This document shows positions 37,440 to 51,750 of a stretch of DNA of 64,000 nucleotides, piece after piece. The translations under genes and the position numbers were made by a program. This DNA comes from Octopus bimaculoides (taxonomy: Eukaryota): contig NC_068981.1 of the NCBI RefSeq assembly GCF_001194135.2, positions 55,237,632 to 55,301,631 on the forward strand, given 5' to 3'. Numbering within the stretch: the stretch's first letter is position 1; every line of letters begins with the position of its first letter. The notes beneath the pieces were generated by a model. It was not told where the DNA came from. It ran no database searches and saw only the letters and a list, made by a program, of their open reading frames with translations.

Positions 37440-38610
37440 GGCAAATTTCGAAAATAATCCTTCCACTTTTTCTAAGTGTTCCTGTGGGTGATTCTTAGCT
37501 TCAATTTTGACTTGTAGTTTTTCTGTCCACTTATTTCGTTTACTGTCTGCTAAACTAGTGGTGTCTGCTTCTTTACAGCGTGCTTAATTTGATTTATTTT
37601 ACTTAATGTAGTTTTGTTGTATAAGGTCCACTAGCTCTTTTTTTGTAGCTTTTTGAAACAATGCATTTGAGGGGCTTGGATGTAATAATTTTAGTTTGAG
37701 CCACTTTTTTGGGGTGTTTTCTCTTTATCATCTTTTGATCATCCCAGGAAAGACGTTTATTAGTTCTTGGTTTTATGGGTATGATCTCTTTTGCAACTTC
37801 TGTGTGGGACGGTTCAAAATAATTGTATACTGTGTTGGAGGAATTTTCTTCATTTTCATTTTATAGTAGCTCAAATCTGTTTCTAATTGCTATGGTGTAT
37901 TGATTGCAGATTTCTCTGTTGTTGGTTAAAACTGACCAGTCATATACCAGAGGCTAAAAGGATTTGGTTTTGCTAACTCTAAAACTAAAGCAAAATTTTG
38001 ATGTGACAATTTTGTAGTTGCTGCTCACTCCGTCAAAAGTATTGTAAACATCATGTTTAAGGTGCTATTCACCCATTTCTAGTTGGGCAGCATGTAATCT
38101 AGTTGGGTATTTGAGCCATTGGCATAGGTGAATGTATATAGCCTGGAGGGTTTCTTTTAGAATTTGACATTTCGACATACCAACTGATTTTCAAGAAAAA
38201 ACTCAGTTACATATTGGCTATTTATGGGCTTCAGATTTTTCAAGATGGGCATTCATATTACCTCCAGTTATGAAAACATTGTGCTTTGGTATTTGTCTCA
38301 CTGATGAAGAGCCCGATAAAAATTGGAAACTTCATCATCTGCTGCATTCATTGATGAACAGCAAGGTATGAGTGATGGTTCTGGATTTCCTTAAGAACAG
38401 GTTATGTATTATTCTTGCATGTATTTTCAATATGCACTTCAGAGGGCTCAGTAGCATGACTACAATAGCAATGGTGGAACTAGTAGAATTTTCCCAAGCT
38501 GAGGCTGAGATGAAAGTCTGGCCTTTATTAGTATCGTTGTGTTTCAGCTCAACATCATCAAAATAAAGGTTATGTTCTTGCACACAGATAACATTGATTT
38601 TGTGCTTGAT
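37440..38610 (-). mobile_element. Degenerate LINE APE-endonuclease region (RTE-X-like)
   Basis: INVICVQEH...FISASAWENS, YTFTYANGSNTQLDYML and LEKWKDYF are spread over broken frames. Confidence 0.65.
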
Positions 38611-40354
38611 GTACATGTATAAATTTATATACTTGTGTATACAGACATTATGTATGCATATATATATATATATATATAGGTATGTATTGCCTATAAATAT
38701 TGAACAAAGATCTATATTGCTGGTAAATGTTATACAGACATAATTAGTCATTATCCACAACAACAGCAGCAATTAAAGTCTACTCTCCATGCCAACATGA
38801 GCTGAATGGTTTGACAAGATTCAAGAAACCAGGAGATGGTGTCATACTCCAATGTCCATTTTGGCAAGGTTCTATAGCTGGATATCCTTCCTAACACCAA
38901 CCTCCTTACAGAGTGACACTTTTTTTTTTTTTGTGACACCAGCACTAGTGAGGTTACCTTGCTACTAAAAGGGCTCTAAAAATGAAGGAGAATCAGAGGA
39001 AGGATGTGATAATTCTAGATGAGGTGATGAGAGAGGGAGAAGTGTGATGAAACTGATTTATAGTTGTTGAGAGGCTGGTAGAGGTAGAAGTAAGAGCAGA
39101 CACTACTGGAGAAGGAAGGATAAAATGGACAGGGTACAAGGAAGGGATTAGTATCAAGAGTTAGTGAGAAAGGGAGTGACAGAGTGGTAAGGGTGAGGAG
39201 ATGGGTTGAAACAAAAGTGGACCCAAGACTCTCTCACTATAAAGGCAAGCGTGAACAGATAATTAAGAGAAGGAAACATTACAAAGAGAAAAAGAAATGA
39301 AGAACTGATAGGGTATTGAGGTGGCAGAGAAGCTATGAGGAGAAGAGAGTGAAAAAAAAAATAAAGAGAGTGATGGATGGCAGTGAGCTAACAAGCTATG
39401 AGATGATACAAATGATGGAATGCTGATTGAAGTGAATGGGTAGATGGATAGAAGGAAAATGAGCAGATGAGGATGAACCATTAGCCCCTCATACATAGCT
39501 TAGTGAAGGCTAGAGGTGGTAAAGCGATGGAGGTTAGCAGAGCAGCCATTCAAAGTGTGGAAGCTTCATAGGTGGCAAGGAGATAGGAGAAGATGGGTTA
39601 AGGGTGATAGAGAGATTAGATGGTTGGAAGGAATAGGGAAACGGGTGGAAGGGGTGAGGTGATCAACAGGTAGATAAGAGGTGGAGGTCAGGGTGTAGGG
39701 GTGAAAGTAAATATCATAATGATTTTTTTAACATCTACTTCCTGTGCTTGCATGGGTCTTACAAGATATCAGAGCAGAGTACTTTTACAGCTGGATGCTC
39801 TCCCTAATGCCAGCCCTTACCTGTGCACAAGCAAGGTAATATCTTCCAGTCTATAAATAACAAACAGACCACATATGGTTACATGGAGAATTGGAAACAA
39901 ATAACACTGCTTGTATGAATCGCAAGCCTTTTGCTTACAAAAAAACCATGCATGATATCAAGACATGCTTATGAAGAAACCTAGGATAAGCTTATGCAGT
40001 AGACTGCAAATGAACAATACCATCTGCATGAACAGTTTGGCCTTTATTTACAATCAGTGAACACATGTCAAGACAAAGGAAAATAAGTACTCACACAAAT
40101 GAAAACTTACATGCATATACACACACACAACAATTTCCATGTTATTTTCATTCACAAGGTATATGACAACCCACAGCTAATAGTAAAGGACACTGGTCAA
40201 CAATATCCAATATAGAAAGATCGAACCCTTAACCAAATGGATCCAAAGTGAATATCTTAAGCACATTGCCTAATATATACATAAATACATACATACCTAT
40301 AAATTACAAAAACACACACACACACACAAGTGTATGTGTGTGTACATGTATATA

Positions 40355-40409
<55 letters not shown>

Positions 40410-40577
40410 TCACATATAGATATGTGTATATGATTGCCTCATCTACTCAGATGACAGCCACTTCACATTGCCTGATTGTTCTGATTTACTTTCATCTTTG
40501 CATGAGCAAGGACTTTATAAACTACAAAGCAGACCAAGAAATTGAATAATAGTGAGACATCTGAATGTAGCTGGATT

Positions 40578-40917
40578 TATGAGGGTGGGCTGAAAAGTTC
40601 AGAGGCTGACAATGAGAGAGTGATGCTAGAGCTGTGAAATCTTGCATACATTAATTTCAACCCTTCTTATTAATAACTGCATTGTTTCTTTCCAGGTAAA
40701 TTGACATCTGACTGTTCAAAGAAGACTTCAAAAGTAACTAGTAGCGACATCTCTTGAAAACAGACAAAATTTGGCATCATGGTGTTTTCAAGTACCAGCA
40801 GAAAAGGGGTTGAGCCCCCAAGGAGATACATGAGGATCACGCTTCAATTTTGTCAACAGTACAAAAGTGGATAGCTGAATTTAGGAGAGGAAGGGACAGT
40901 CTTAAAGCTGACCCATC
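40578..40917 (+). mobile_element. Tc1/mariner 5' remnant (TIR and HTH)
   Basis: tatgagggtgggctgaaaagttc is a mariner-type end. Downstream KGLSP/KEIHED...STVQKWIAEFRRGRDSLKADP resembles the mariner transposase N-terminus. Confidence 0.7.
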
Positions 40918-41339
40918 ATCCTTAGTTGAAAGACACCTGTTGTTAATGACCTGTTGTTTGTAGTTGTAATTGTGTACCATTCCTCTGTTTTTTTTTTTTT
41001 TTCGGTCTTGTTTCTATATACATTCGCTTGCTTTCTTTTAGATTTTCTTGGGGCCAGCCAGATTCAAGCAGTTTTGAGTGTAACTGGCCAAAATTGCTGA
41101 GATAATCTGGAACTCAACTGAGGATAGAAAGCTCCGAATGACCTGTCCAGGTTTTTTCCTGTCCTTTTTTGTATCATCTGTCTGGATGTTTTGTTGTCAC
41201 CTTATTTATTTAATATTTATTTTTCACTGACGTTATTACTGTTATTTCTTTATTTTCTGCAAACAAAGTGCACAAAAAAACTACACGTTTGCATTATGTT
41301 ATATATGCAATAATAATAAAGGACATTACTGTGTATATG

Positions 41340-41494
41340 TTTACAAACCAAGGACGTTATATAGACCTCCTTGATCCAAGTTAGAGAAGGGGGTGCGTTT
41401 TATTCACAAAATTTAGGTTTTTCAGAGGTACAGCCCCCTAAAAATCCCCTGCGTATTATACTCAAGGGCAGACTATACTCGAGGATTTACGGTA
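41340..41494. mobile_element. pogo/Tigger-like DNA transposon end
   Basis: gcgtattatactcaagggcagactatactcgaggatttacggta has an internal tatactc repeat and a TACCGTA-type terminus. The partner end was not located. Confidence 0.45.
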
Positions 41495-41590
41495 TATCTT
41501 AATATGTATAATCCGTTAATGTGGGTGCTGGGAAGTGGTCAGTGGTAGTGTATGTGGAGTGATGTGGGGTGCTAATGTGTGCAGAGTGGG

Positions 41591-41641
<51 letters not shown>

Positions 41642-42271
41642 TTCATGCACGTGTGTGTATGTGTGTGTGTTTGTCTCCTTGTTTTGACATCATGTGATAG
41701 CTGTAAATGAATGTTACTGTCATACAAGCAGTGTCATTTATTTCAATATTCTGCAAGACCATGTCTGGCTATGGGGAAATATTGCCTTACTTGGAAGCAG
41801 GTATGGGTTAGCAACAGGACAGGCATCTGTCTAAATAAATACCATCCACCCCATGCAAGTATGCAAAAGTGCATGTTAACATCATGAGGATGATGAAACA
41901 ATCATTTTACATATTAGAGGAAAACACATGCATATAATTCAGTCCTGCATTCATGTACTAATATTTACAAATACATACACACTTAGTAGTATAATAAATA
42001 TATACAGCAATAACAAAAATAAAATAATAATATACGGAAGATACCAAATTAAATCATTAATTATAACGAATTGGAAAATTGAATAAATAAATACTGCAAT
42101 CTATGGATACATTTGTAGACACTCCCAATAAAAATGTGCCAACTATATATATATATATACACACACACACACATGCAGTCAGATAGTTGTATACATTTGG
42201 GCGTAATACTTTTACTCAAGCCAGCATACATACTGACATAGACATATAATCAAATTTTTGTACTGTGTATG

Positions 42272-42289
<18 letters not shown>

Positions 42290-42315
<26 letters not shown>

Positions 42316-42430
42316 TACATATATACATTATATATGTACACATACATATATACATTATATATNNNNNNNNNNNNNNNNNNNNNNNNNNNNNNNNNNNNNN
42401 NNNNNNNNNNNNNNNNNNNNNNNNNNNNNN

Positions 42431-42473
<43 letters not shown>

Positions 42474-42625
42474 TACATATATACATTATATATGTACACA
42501 TACATATATACATTATATATATGTACACATACATATATATACATATACATTATATATATGTACACATACATATATACATTATATATATGTACACATACAT
42601 ATATATACATTATATATATATGTAC
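42290..42625. repeat. Cryptically simple minisatellite (~27-35 bp unit atgtacacatacatatatacattatat)
   Basis: The unit is seen repeatedly on both sides of a gap, with variable (TA)n spacers. Confidence 0.85.
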
Positions 42626-43124
42626 ACATACATACAAACAGACAGACAGACAGACAGACTTATATGCACATACAATCACATGCACACACACACACATCTA
42701 CATAATATACATACAGAAACATAGCACACACATACTCTCATATCTGTAAACTTCCATCATCATCATCATCATCATCATTTAATGTCTGTTTTCCATGCTG
42801 GCATGGGTTGGATGGTTTGACAGGAGCTGGCCAGCTAAAGAGCTGCCCAGGCTCCCTGTCTGTAGTGGCATGGTTTCTATGGTTGGATGCCCTTCCTAAC
42901 ATTAACTATTTTACAGTGTATTGAAGCAGCACCAGCATGGGTGCATTTACATGGTAATAGTACAGATGCTTCTTACATTGCACCAGCACCCACAAGCCCA
43001 CAAGATTAGGAATGCTCAGCACGAGAGTGAAGCAGGGGACATGCCTGTATGCAAGGACAACCATGCTTGTATATTTACATATACATACACACAGATATAT
43101 ATATATAAATATATATATATATAT

Positions 43125-43468
43125 CTTTTACTTGTTTCAGTCATTTGACTGTGGCCATGCTGGAGCACCACCTTTAGTCGAGCAAATCAACCCCAGGACT
43201 TATTCTTTGTAAGCCTAGTACTTATTCTATCGGTCTCTTTTNNNNNNNNNNNNNNNNNNNNNNNNNNNNNNNNNNNNNNNNNNNNNNNNNNNNNNNNNNN
43301 NNNNNNNNNNNNNNNNNNNNNNNNNNNNNNNNNNNNNNNNNNNNNNNNNNNNNNNNNNNNNNNNNNNNNNNNNNNNNNNNNNNNNNCTTGCCCAAGGTGC
43401 CATGTAGTGGGACTGAACCCGGAACCATGTGGTTGGTAAGCAAGCTACTTACCACACAGCCACTCCTA
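43125..43468 (-). mobile_element. tRNA-derived CORE-like SINE. Second copy at 63648-64000(-); degenerate plus copy from ~35140
   Basis: Minus strand aggagtggctgtgtggtaag...ccgggttcagtccca...accttgggcaag. The tail tttacttgtttcagtcat is shared with 63648. Confidence 0.7.
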
Positions 43469-43482
43469 CGCCTATATATATA

Positions 43483-43526
<44 letters not shown>

Positions 43527-44299
43527 AATATGTGAAAGTATATCGAAACACATATACATGAACACAGCCATATACATATGCATACAATGGGGTCTCTATA
43601 TGTGAGCATAATCCATTCCAGAGCCCTGTTTGTTAACCAAATTATTTGTTACATGAATAGTTGAAATACATATAAATAGAGGTAATCTTTTGTGAGCCAC
43701 ACTAAACTCCATGCAAAGGCATAAAATGAGGTTTTACTTGTCCATAAATAAATAATACATAAATGTATATATGTATATGTGCTGTGTGTGTGTGTATACA
43801 TGCACACATTTCTCCCTTTGTCTTACTGATGTCAACCCACAATTATGTTTCCAGCAAAAACATATAAGAAATATTATCATTTTCTATATAATGTATGTAA
43901 ATTTACAAGCCCCATGAAATGTATACATGGACTTTAATGAACTGTTTGTACATGTTCTGCCAGCTAATTATATGCATATGTAGTCTGCTTGTGATTTGTA
44001 GTTCAAATTTCAGCTAATAGGCTCCCAGTCACTTATAGGCATGCATAGTCTGCTCGTTGTTCCTTGATCAAATTTCAGCTCATTCTGCAAGTTTAATTTT
44101 CTTTAGAAAATCCGTTCATTATTCAGTTTGTGTAGAGAACCTTGTATATATAGGTACCTCACTGTAAACATATCTACATGCATTCTTACTGCTTGTCTAA
44201 GTATACAGACATACTTTCATATAGTTATATATAATCATATATATGCATATAGAAGTACTTTCATACTTAAATTAACACACCTATCTATATTATAATGAC

Positions 44300-44560
44300 A
44301 TAATCTAATTGAAGATCAAGGCGTTCTCGGACTTTGCACTGCAAATTTCCTCTGCAAAATTGGGTTAACTGTGACCCATCTCATAAATGAACCCTGTGAG
44401 GTGAGGTGTCTGCCACAATGAGTGTTGCAGGCCATTCTCCAGGATAATGCCATCACAGTCATGTCCTCAAGATGTGGCTGAACACACCATTTTTTTCTGG
44501 AGTGTACTCACCCCCTATTTTCTTATGGTTGATTTCCTCCTCCTACTCTGTTTCCTTGTA
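44300..44560 (+). mobile_element. Very degenerate mariner DDD-domain fragment
   Basis: ILQDNA...HPLFSYG*FPPPTLFP resembles HDNA...HPPYSPDL.P.DF.LFP. Confidence 0.4.
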
Positions 44561-47500
44561 ATTAAAATGTGATTCAATCTTTATATGAATAAAACTAATT
44601 TTAGTGTTTGATTATCATGAAAGTAATATTTTTAGAATTTTAATCATTAGCATTTACACAATTCTAGATATGAAAATTAGTCATCAGACCAGTTCATTAA
44701 AGTCAGCAATTAAAAAACAGTGAATTTAGTTTTCATACATCTGGGTATGGAATTGGACTGAATGTAGGTATATCTTGTAAATTTTAGACTTACATACTGA
44801 AGTGATTTCAGAATTCCTATTCAAAATTGTATCTTCAGCAAAAAGGATCCCCACTATGTTTGCCACACATAAATCACACGGCTTTTTAATATCACTGGAA
44901 AATTTGTCCCCTGCCAAATTCTCAGAGTGCTGTACTAGATGCTTTTTATCTGTCAAGCCCCAGATATAATATAGAAGAATGATATATTCCTACTAGCCTG
45001 GTTTTGAGATATATGACTGTGTGTCATGTCTAGCCTTAAATTTACTGGATGTTAAACCTATATACAACTTACTCATAGTGATGGGGAGAGGAGTTAATCA
45101 CATACATATACTACCTTGTTAAAATGGCAGTTCTCATCTAAAGAACAATTATTTCTATTACAGCAATTAAATTTGCATCGTATCTACCATCAACATTAAC
45201 AATATTATTATTACTATTTGTTAATTTAATTACATCTAAAAATGTAATGTTTCGTCCAAACTTAGCTGTAGAATAAGACAATTTTACAATATTCCTATGA
45301 AAGATCTTACAATACTTATATACCAAAGCATTTTCCAGTAGAACATGTTCTACTGGAAAATACTTCTTGAAAAAGAAAAGATTTTAACTATAAATGTGGC
45401 CAAATAATATAGCTAGATATGTTCTTCCTAATTCTAGGCTTCTTAATAAAATACAGTTTCTCTTTAAAATACTAGTTGCTTTGTTACAAGTTAAGCTTCC
45501 TTTAAAAATTTCCCCATTAGCTGACAAATGAGCTAATCACAATGAGATACATTTAACCAAATATTCTTTGCAGTTTAGATAATGTGAAATTTTTTGACAT
45601 AATTAAGGGTTTCATTAGATTTTCTATATAAGCAATCCAACAGAGAGATTCTGGGTCAGAATCTAAGAAATTCACAAAAGATAGAGTTTTGACTAATATC
45701 ACTGACAAATTAAAACCTTTGAGATACTAAAATCAAGTTCTTCCTAAATCCATCTATAGCTCAGGACCTGCAATTAGTCAGGGTCAAAAGACTGTCATCT
45801 CTCTATAAACTGCCTCCTAAATTGGAGAACTTCATCAATAAGGTGAAACAGAATAAATAAGTTATTGACCTCAATCAAATCACTTGCTCCCTAATCACAT
45901 CAAATAGTGTATTTGCAGATTTATTATCCAGACAGTTGTTGTATCTCATAATAGTTTCCCAAGCATGGATAATTACATACATCATATAGAAAAAAGAGTA
46001 GAACACTTTTAGGGACTAGGTAATTTTACATACGTTACACAAAAATTATGCACACACATATATGCACACATACATACAAGAGCATTAGCAAAACGAAGAG
46101 CATCTGGCCTTGGTAAAATCTGACTTGACAAATTGTCCGACCTATGCAAGCATGGAAAAGTGGATGTTAAAAATGATGATGAATGAATGGTGAATGAATA
46201 AAAACACACATATATATCCATAGCCATCACTTTCAAGTTTGTATGACTGGCAGCATATACCATACTTTTACTGTTTTAGACTACTTTGTAGTCATGAGCT
46301 GATACAGGCACTCTCTCTCTCATCCTTGTCGCAAAAGAACATCAAAAAGTGACAGCTTGAGAGAAGAGTGTTATGTCTGCACTCAGATGGTACCCATTTT
46401 CATTTGAAGAGACTGCAATATGAAATGAGTGCCTTACTCAAGGACATAACAGAGGGAGGGAAGGAGGGCATTAGTGAGTGATATGCCTTCCTTTTTACTT
46501 TTCTGGTTAGTGCTTTTGTAAGCAGACTGTGTATATATGTGTCTGCATGTGCAATGGTGCATATGGTACAATGTCTTTCTTTTTTTTTTCTTTTTTTTAA
46601 AGGATATTTTTTATTTTAGAACTGCCACTACCTTTCATCCACACACACACAAGTTCATGCAGGAATCAATTACTTTAATGAAAGTCAATCAGTGTTTAAA
46701 TCCTTCTCGATTAACTTTTGCCTATCATCTTTCCAGATTTCATATAGAGGATTTATGCCAAGTATGATGATGGTAAGAAGGGAACATAATTAAAGACAAG
46801 TTTATATGGTCATAAAGACTGTTTAAGATATATAAAAAATATATTCATCACTCAGTGAAAACAGTAATATTTTTTCTAATTCCAATGATGATGATGACGA
46901 TGATATATTTCAAGAATCTTCCAGAGAAATGATTCTATAAGATTTTGGATATAGTGTGTGTATGTGTGTGTGTGTGTGTGAGGGGGGGGGGGGGTATCTG
47001 CATGTATGTATGCATGCATGCACACACACACACAGAGTAATCATCATAAATGACATTTTGATCATAAATGAGTGACACTGAAGTTTAGTATTCTATGCTA
47101 GTGTAACGTTTCACTATTACACCTGGTCATTTACAAAATCAGTAGTGCTCTCAAAGTCTATATTCAATTTAAAACTAAACTTGTGATTAAGGAAGAAATT
47201 TGCCAACGATAGAAATACCAATAACAAAGAAGAATTAAAGTGACATTGTGCAACAGATTTTTCCAATACCCTCTTAGGCTAAAAGTTACTTCCAGCTAAA
47301 TGCAAAATAGAAAGATGACATAAATAACTTTGATTCTTTACCAAATATAAATATAGGTCTGCTAAAGAAAACAAACGAGACAGTATGTTGTCTAGTGCAA
47401 TAGAACTTGATACCAGAAGAAAGCTGATTAAAGTAAGAAAGTAAACATAAAGACTACAGCCTAACGATTATCAATAATAACGTCTATAGACTGAGAATGT

Positions 47501-48463
47501 TACCTTCCATGAGTACTAAACTAACTCAGTTAGGCTAATGTTAGACCTAAGATAGAACATTTCACTGTTGGCTGAGGTTGGAGGGAATCCAACACATGCC
47601 AAACTAGAAAAGCAATATCAACACCTGGCTCATGATAAATTATAGAAAAATGAAGGCATGTAATTCTAAGTCTAGTCTGAAATAGTGCCTCTTGATTGCC
47701 ATTCACAATATTAAATAGCAGCAGCTAAAGAACTAGTTTCTAAGGGTACAGAAATATACCAGAGAAAATAACCTAAGAAATGACAGTGAATGGTGCTTCT
47801 GAATCTAAAAACCATTATAAATCAGCAGGTCTCCTATGAATTCCAAGTACTGAATATCTAAATGTCTACATTCCCAGACACAAATATTACAATTGTGTAC
47901 TCAGCAATGTCACAATTTAGAAAAATGTTTTCAAAGACTTAGATTGATATGAGTCAACTTTTTAGTGATCAAATATTACTTCTAGTGTTAACAACAGTAA
48001 TAATAAATTCACATAAGATGAGAAAATAAAAAGAAATTTTAAAAGTGGGTGAGTAAAATTTTGTCAGCAGAGGTAGATGTTAAGAGTGATTCCAGCAGAA
48101 GAATTTGGCAGTTAAGTTAATAAACAGCAGATAAAGTATACAGGTCAAGGTTAAATTCATTGGCAGATCTTAGCAATCAATCTACTTGAAAGTTGTTCTA
48201 CATTTACAGTTTTATACTTTTCCATATTTTTTCATCTTAACTTTTATTTTTTATATACCTTGAATATTGATTAATCTTTCACAAAAGAAAACATCAACAA
48301 TCAATTTTTCCTATATTTACTGACCATAATTCTTAATGTTTTGAATATTTGTAGTTGTGTTTTTATATTTTTCTTTTATATTCAGGTCAGAATGTAAGGT
48401 AATTGGAATCTGGTAATAAAATCATAAACAATATTTAGAAAAATGAAAATAAACATTACTTAC

Positions 48464-48590
48464 AGTCTTTCTCTAAAACAACAGGTTGTTTATCTTGAGA
48501 CTTTGGAGCTTCAGTTAAGTGTAATCCTGTTTCAGGATCATAACCGACTTTCTCAATTGTTCGTTTGCAAGCTCTCACTATGGATCCCCC
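48464..48590 (-). CDS. BRPF1: BRPF-family (peregrin-like) coding exon, first one visible; immediately post-bromodomain
   Basis: ctgtttgtag acceptor (phase 0) and T|GTAAGT donor. Encodes GGSIVRACKRTIEKVGYDPETGLHLTEAPKSQDKQPVVLEKD, resembling the BRPF1 post-bromodomain segment ([24 protein letters not shown], recalled). 127 nt; phase fits the next exon. Confidence 0.85.
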
Positions 48591-50725
48591 CTACAAACAG
48601 AAGTTAAGAAAAATGATGGTTAAAAAAGATAATTGAATGCAAAAACCTTTGCATAAATACTGAAAAAGAATGCTGTCAGAAAATATTTTTACTGCAGTTT
48701 GGTTTCTTCCAACAAAAATAAACACAAAAAATAAAAATAACAATTGTTTCTGACAACAGACAGAAGGTCAGAATTTGGCGGGAGGGATAGTTAAATAAAT
48801 CAACATCAATACTTGAGTGGTACTTCATTTTATCAATCCTAGAGGGATGAAAGGCAAAGAGAACACCAGTGGGATTTGAACTCAGAACAAATACAAGGCA
48901 TTTATTGTATTCCTGTAATGACTCTACCAATCCATCACGCTAAAATAATAATCTTAGCAAAAATAAAAAAGTATCTGCAGGTGAAAGGTAATCAGTATTG
49001 TCATAGATGTAGTGATTTGGTAAAAGAATGTAGACATCTATAATTAATGTTATCAAATATTTTCTTTTCTTAATACTTATATACATCAGATAAAGAGAAT
49101 GTCTTCACCAACATCAACTATCTCACAGTGTCAAAAAAATAAAAAAACAGTAAAGTATTGGCACTGATTTCACCAACCTCACACCACCAATTTTCTAACC
49201 TGGTGCCTAATTGCTTGTATCATTAATAGAAACCATATTAATGATAGTAGCATACAGAAAAAAAAAAGTGAAGTTAAGGGTAAAAGCTTTCAAACAAAAA
49301 GTTTAATAACACAGTGCCTGTAGTTGCATAAATGATAATGTACACGACTGAATACTTGACACAGTTTTGTCATCTATGCTACAAATATATATCGTAATTA
49401 TATCATAATTGATTTTTCTTTGCATCCTTCAAGGGTTAACGAAAAAGCTGCCAGATATACACTAAAGTAGAGATGGTCAATCAACTAGCTATATCTCTTC
49501 CATATAAATGTGTAGTCTTGTGCCAATGTAAGAAACTACAATAGCATTGCTGTTAGTTCAAGTTTTAATTATCTTGATTAAAACAATTTTGCTTACACTT
49601 TCATCACTAATTCCATACAAATTGCATGTATATAAAATTTGCCAGCACAAATAAAGAAGCAGTGTTATACAAAATTCAGAAGCTCCACCCTTAATAAACC
49701 ATACAATTATATTATACCATAAAGCAGCAGCTTTTAATATTACTTCTTATTTTTAAATGATGGAAAGGGCAGGTGTATAATTAATTGAATCAACCTTAAT
49801 TATACTTTAATTACTAAAATTGGTTTGAATGTTTACAAGATTCTATAAATTCAACAGCATGAATATTGAACAACACTCTATTTAATGACATTTAGAAAAG
49901 ATACCATTATGGAAAATTTTTTACCAATGTTCATTTTATCAACTCCAATTAGATTAGAAAGTTAACTTTTGTTTTGTGGACAATGTACAAGATACTTCCA
50001 ATATCAAAAATGCAAAAATTACTACAAATGTTAACACAACAATAGTAGTTGGAAGCTAATTATTACTATTTCAGATATTATAAGTAATTTTAAAATGAAT
50101 TTAAAAACATGTTCAATATTTCACCTAACTTTAAATTGGTCACTTTATTAAAGAAACAAGCAATAGAAGTGATTTTTAAACTTTCATTTTTCCATGAACA
50201 TAATAATACAGATAAGTAAAAGCTGACTTTTACTAGCACATTTAAACCCATTTTATTTTTGTGAGAATGCAGAGCTTACAGCTTCTAGGCCAAACACAAT
50301 ACTGCAGAAACTGACACCCTTTCCTATAGTATTTCTAAGGCAGCAATTTTAAACATCAATAATATCACTAGCTTAGCATCAAAAGCAGCTACACTTGAAA
50401 TATTTTTAGATCTGAAGATTTCCATCTTTGAGAAAGAGGGGATGTTACAAACCTTTTTATCAGAGAGAAAGAGAGAGGGAATGATTGCTCCACTCCAAAA
50501 GAAAGAGATAGTACAAATTAAATATTAAAAAAAAAACCCAAAAGCCACTCACACAACAGTTACCAAAAAAGTTTAGTTAGCACATGTGAAAAAAAAAAAT
50601 CTTTGGTAACTTTAAAATCAAGAAATTTTATCTCCCAAATGATCTTGTAACACTCATGCTCTTACGCTGTTTCCTTGCTGCTTATGAAATATGTTTACAC
50701 CTATCCAGAGAAAGCATCTTAAACA

Positions 50726-50769
<44 letters not shown>

Positions 50770-51559
50770 TATCATCATCGTTTAACGTCCGCTTTCCATG
50801 CTAGCATGGGTTGGACGATTTGATTGAGGACTGGTGCAACCGGATGGCTACACCAGGCTCCAATCTAATTTGGCAGAGTTTCTACAACTGGATGCCCTTC
50901 CTAACGCCAATATATGCATATATATATATTTGTTTAAAATGCTTTCTCTGGATAGGTGTAATATATATATATTCACAATAATTTTGTCTTTTAGCCCAAT
51001 AACCATGAACTGAGAATATTGATAAAAATGCCTCAAATTGAAGTATTAAATATACGGTGTTTATCCTCAGGTCAGCCCTGATTAGGCAAAGCTACAATAT
51101 AACATGGTCCATCTTTAGTCATCACATTTTTTATAGACAGTTTATAAAAACTGCATTATGCAATATAATCTGACAGCGGTGTAACTGGAGGGTATTTGGC
51201 TATTATTTTTGTCAAGAGGTCCCTTTACTACCTCAAAAGAACACATGGAATATAAAAAAAATAGATGTCCATTAGACCTCAGGTTTCAGTCTGCTCTTGT
51301 GTGTTATTTTCTCCAGGCCATTTCAGAGGAGTTTAAGATTAGCTGTTTGTGGAAACTCTAGTATGCTAACTTAATTCACATATGGAATCTCTCAGTGAAT
51401 TAAAGAAAATATTGCAAACATGAAAGCAAAACTTAGAACCAAGAGATCTCAAAGCAAGCTTAGAAAAGACAAAAATTCTAGCGAATAGGAAAGAAGTCAG
51501 GATTCTGCTTCCATCAAGAAGGTGACTTTGCTCAAACTATGAAAAGGGATCAGAGAAAT

Positions 51560-51750
51560 TGACAGACTGAAAGACTTTGTATGCAACATACTCAAAAGCA
51601 GTGAGAAATAAGAGCATCCATGTAAATGAATTCTTTTAAATACTCAGAAGATTCTCCAGAAGTAGTTAATGGCTTCCATTACCTGGGTAGCCTAATTAGT
51701 CATAGAGACAAGTGTTATAAAGGCACAGTAACCAGAAAACAGAATAAGAT
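51560..51750 (+). mobile_element. Old RTE RT fragment
   Basis: SPEVVNGFHYLGSLIS resembles RTE LEVVD.F.YLG..IS. Confidence 0.5.
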
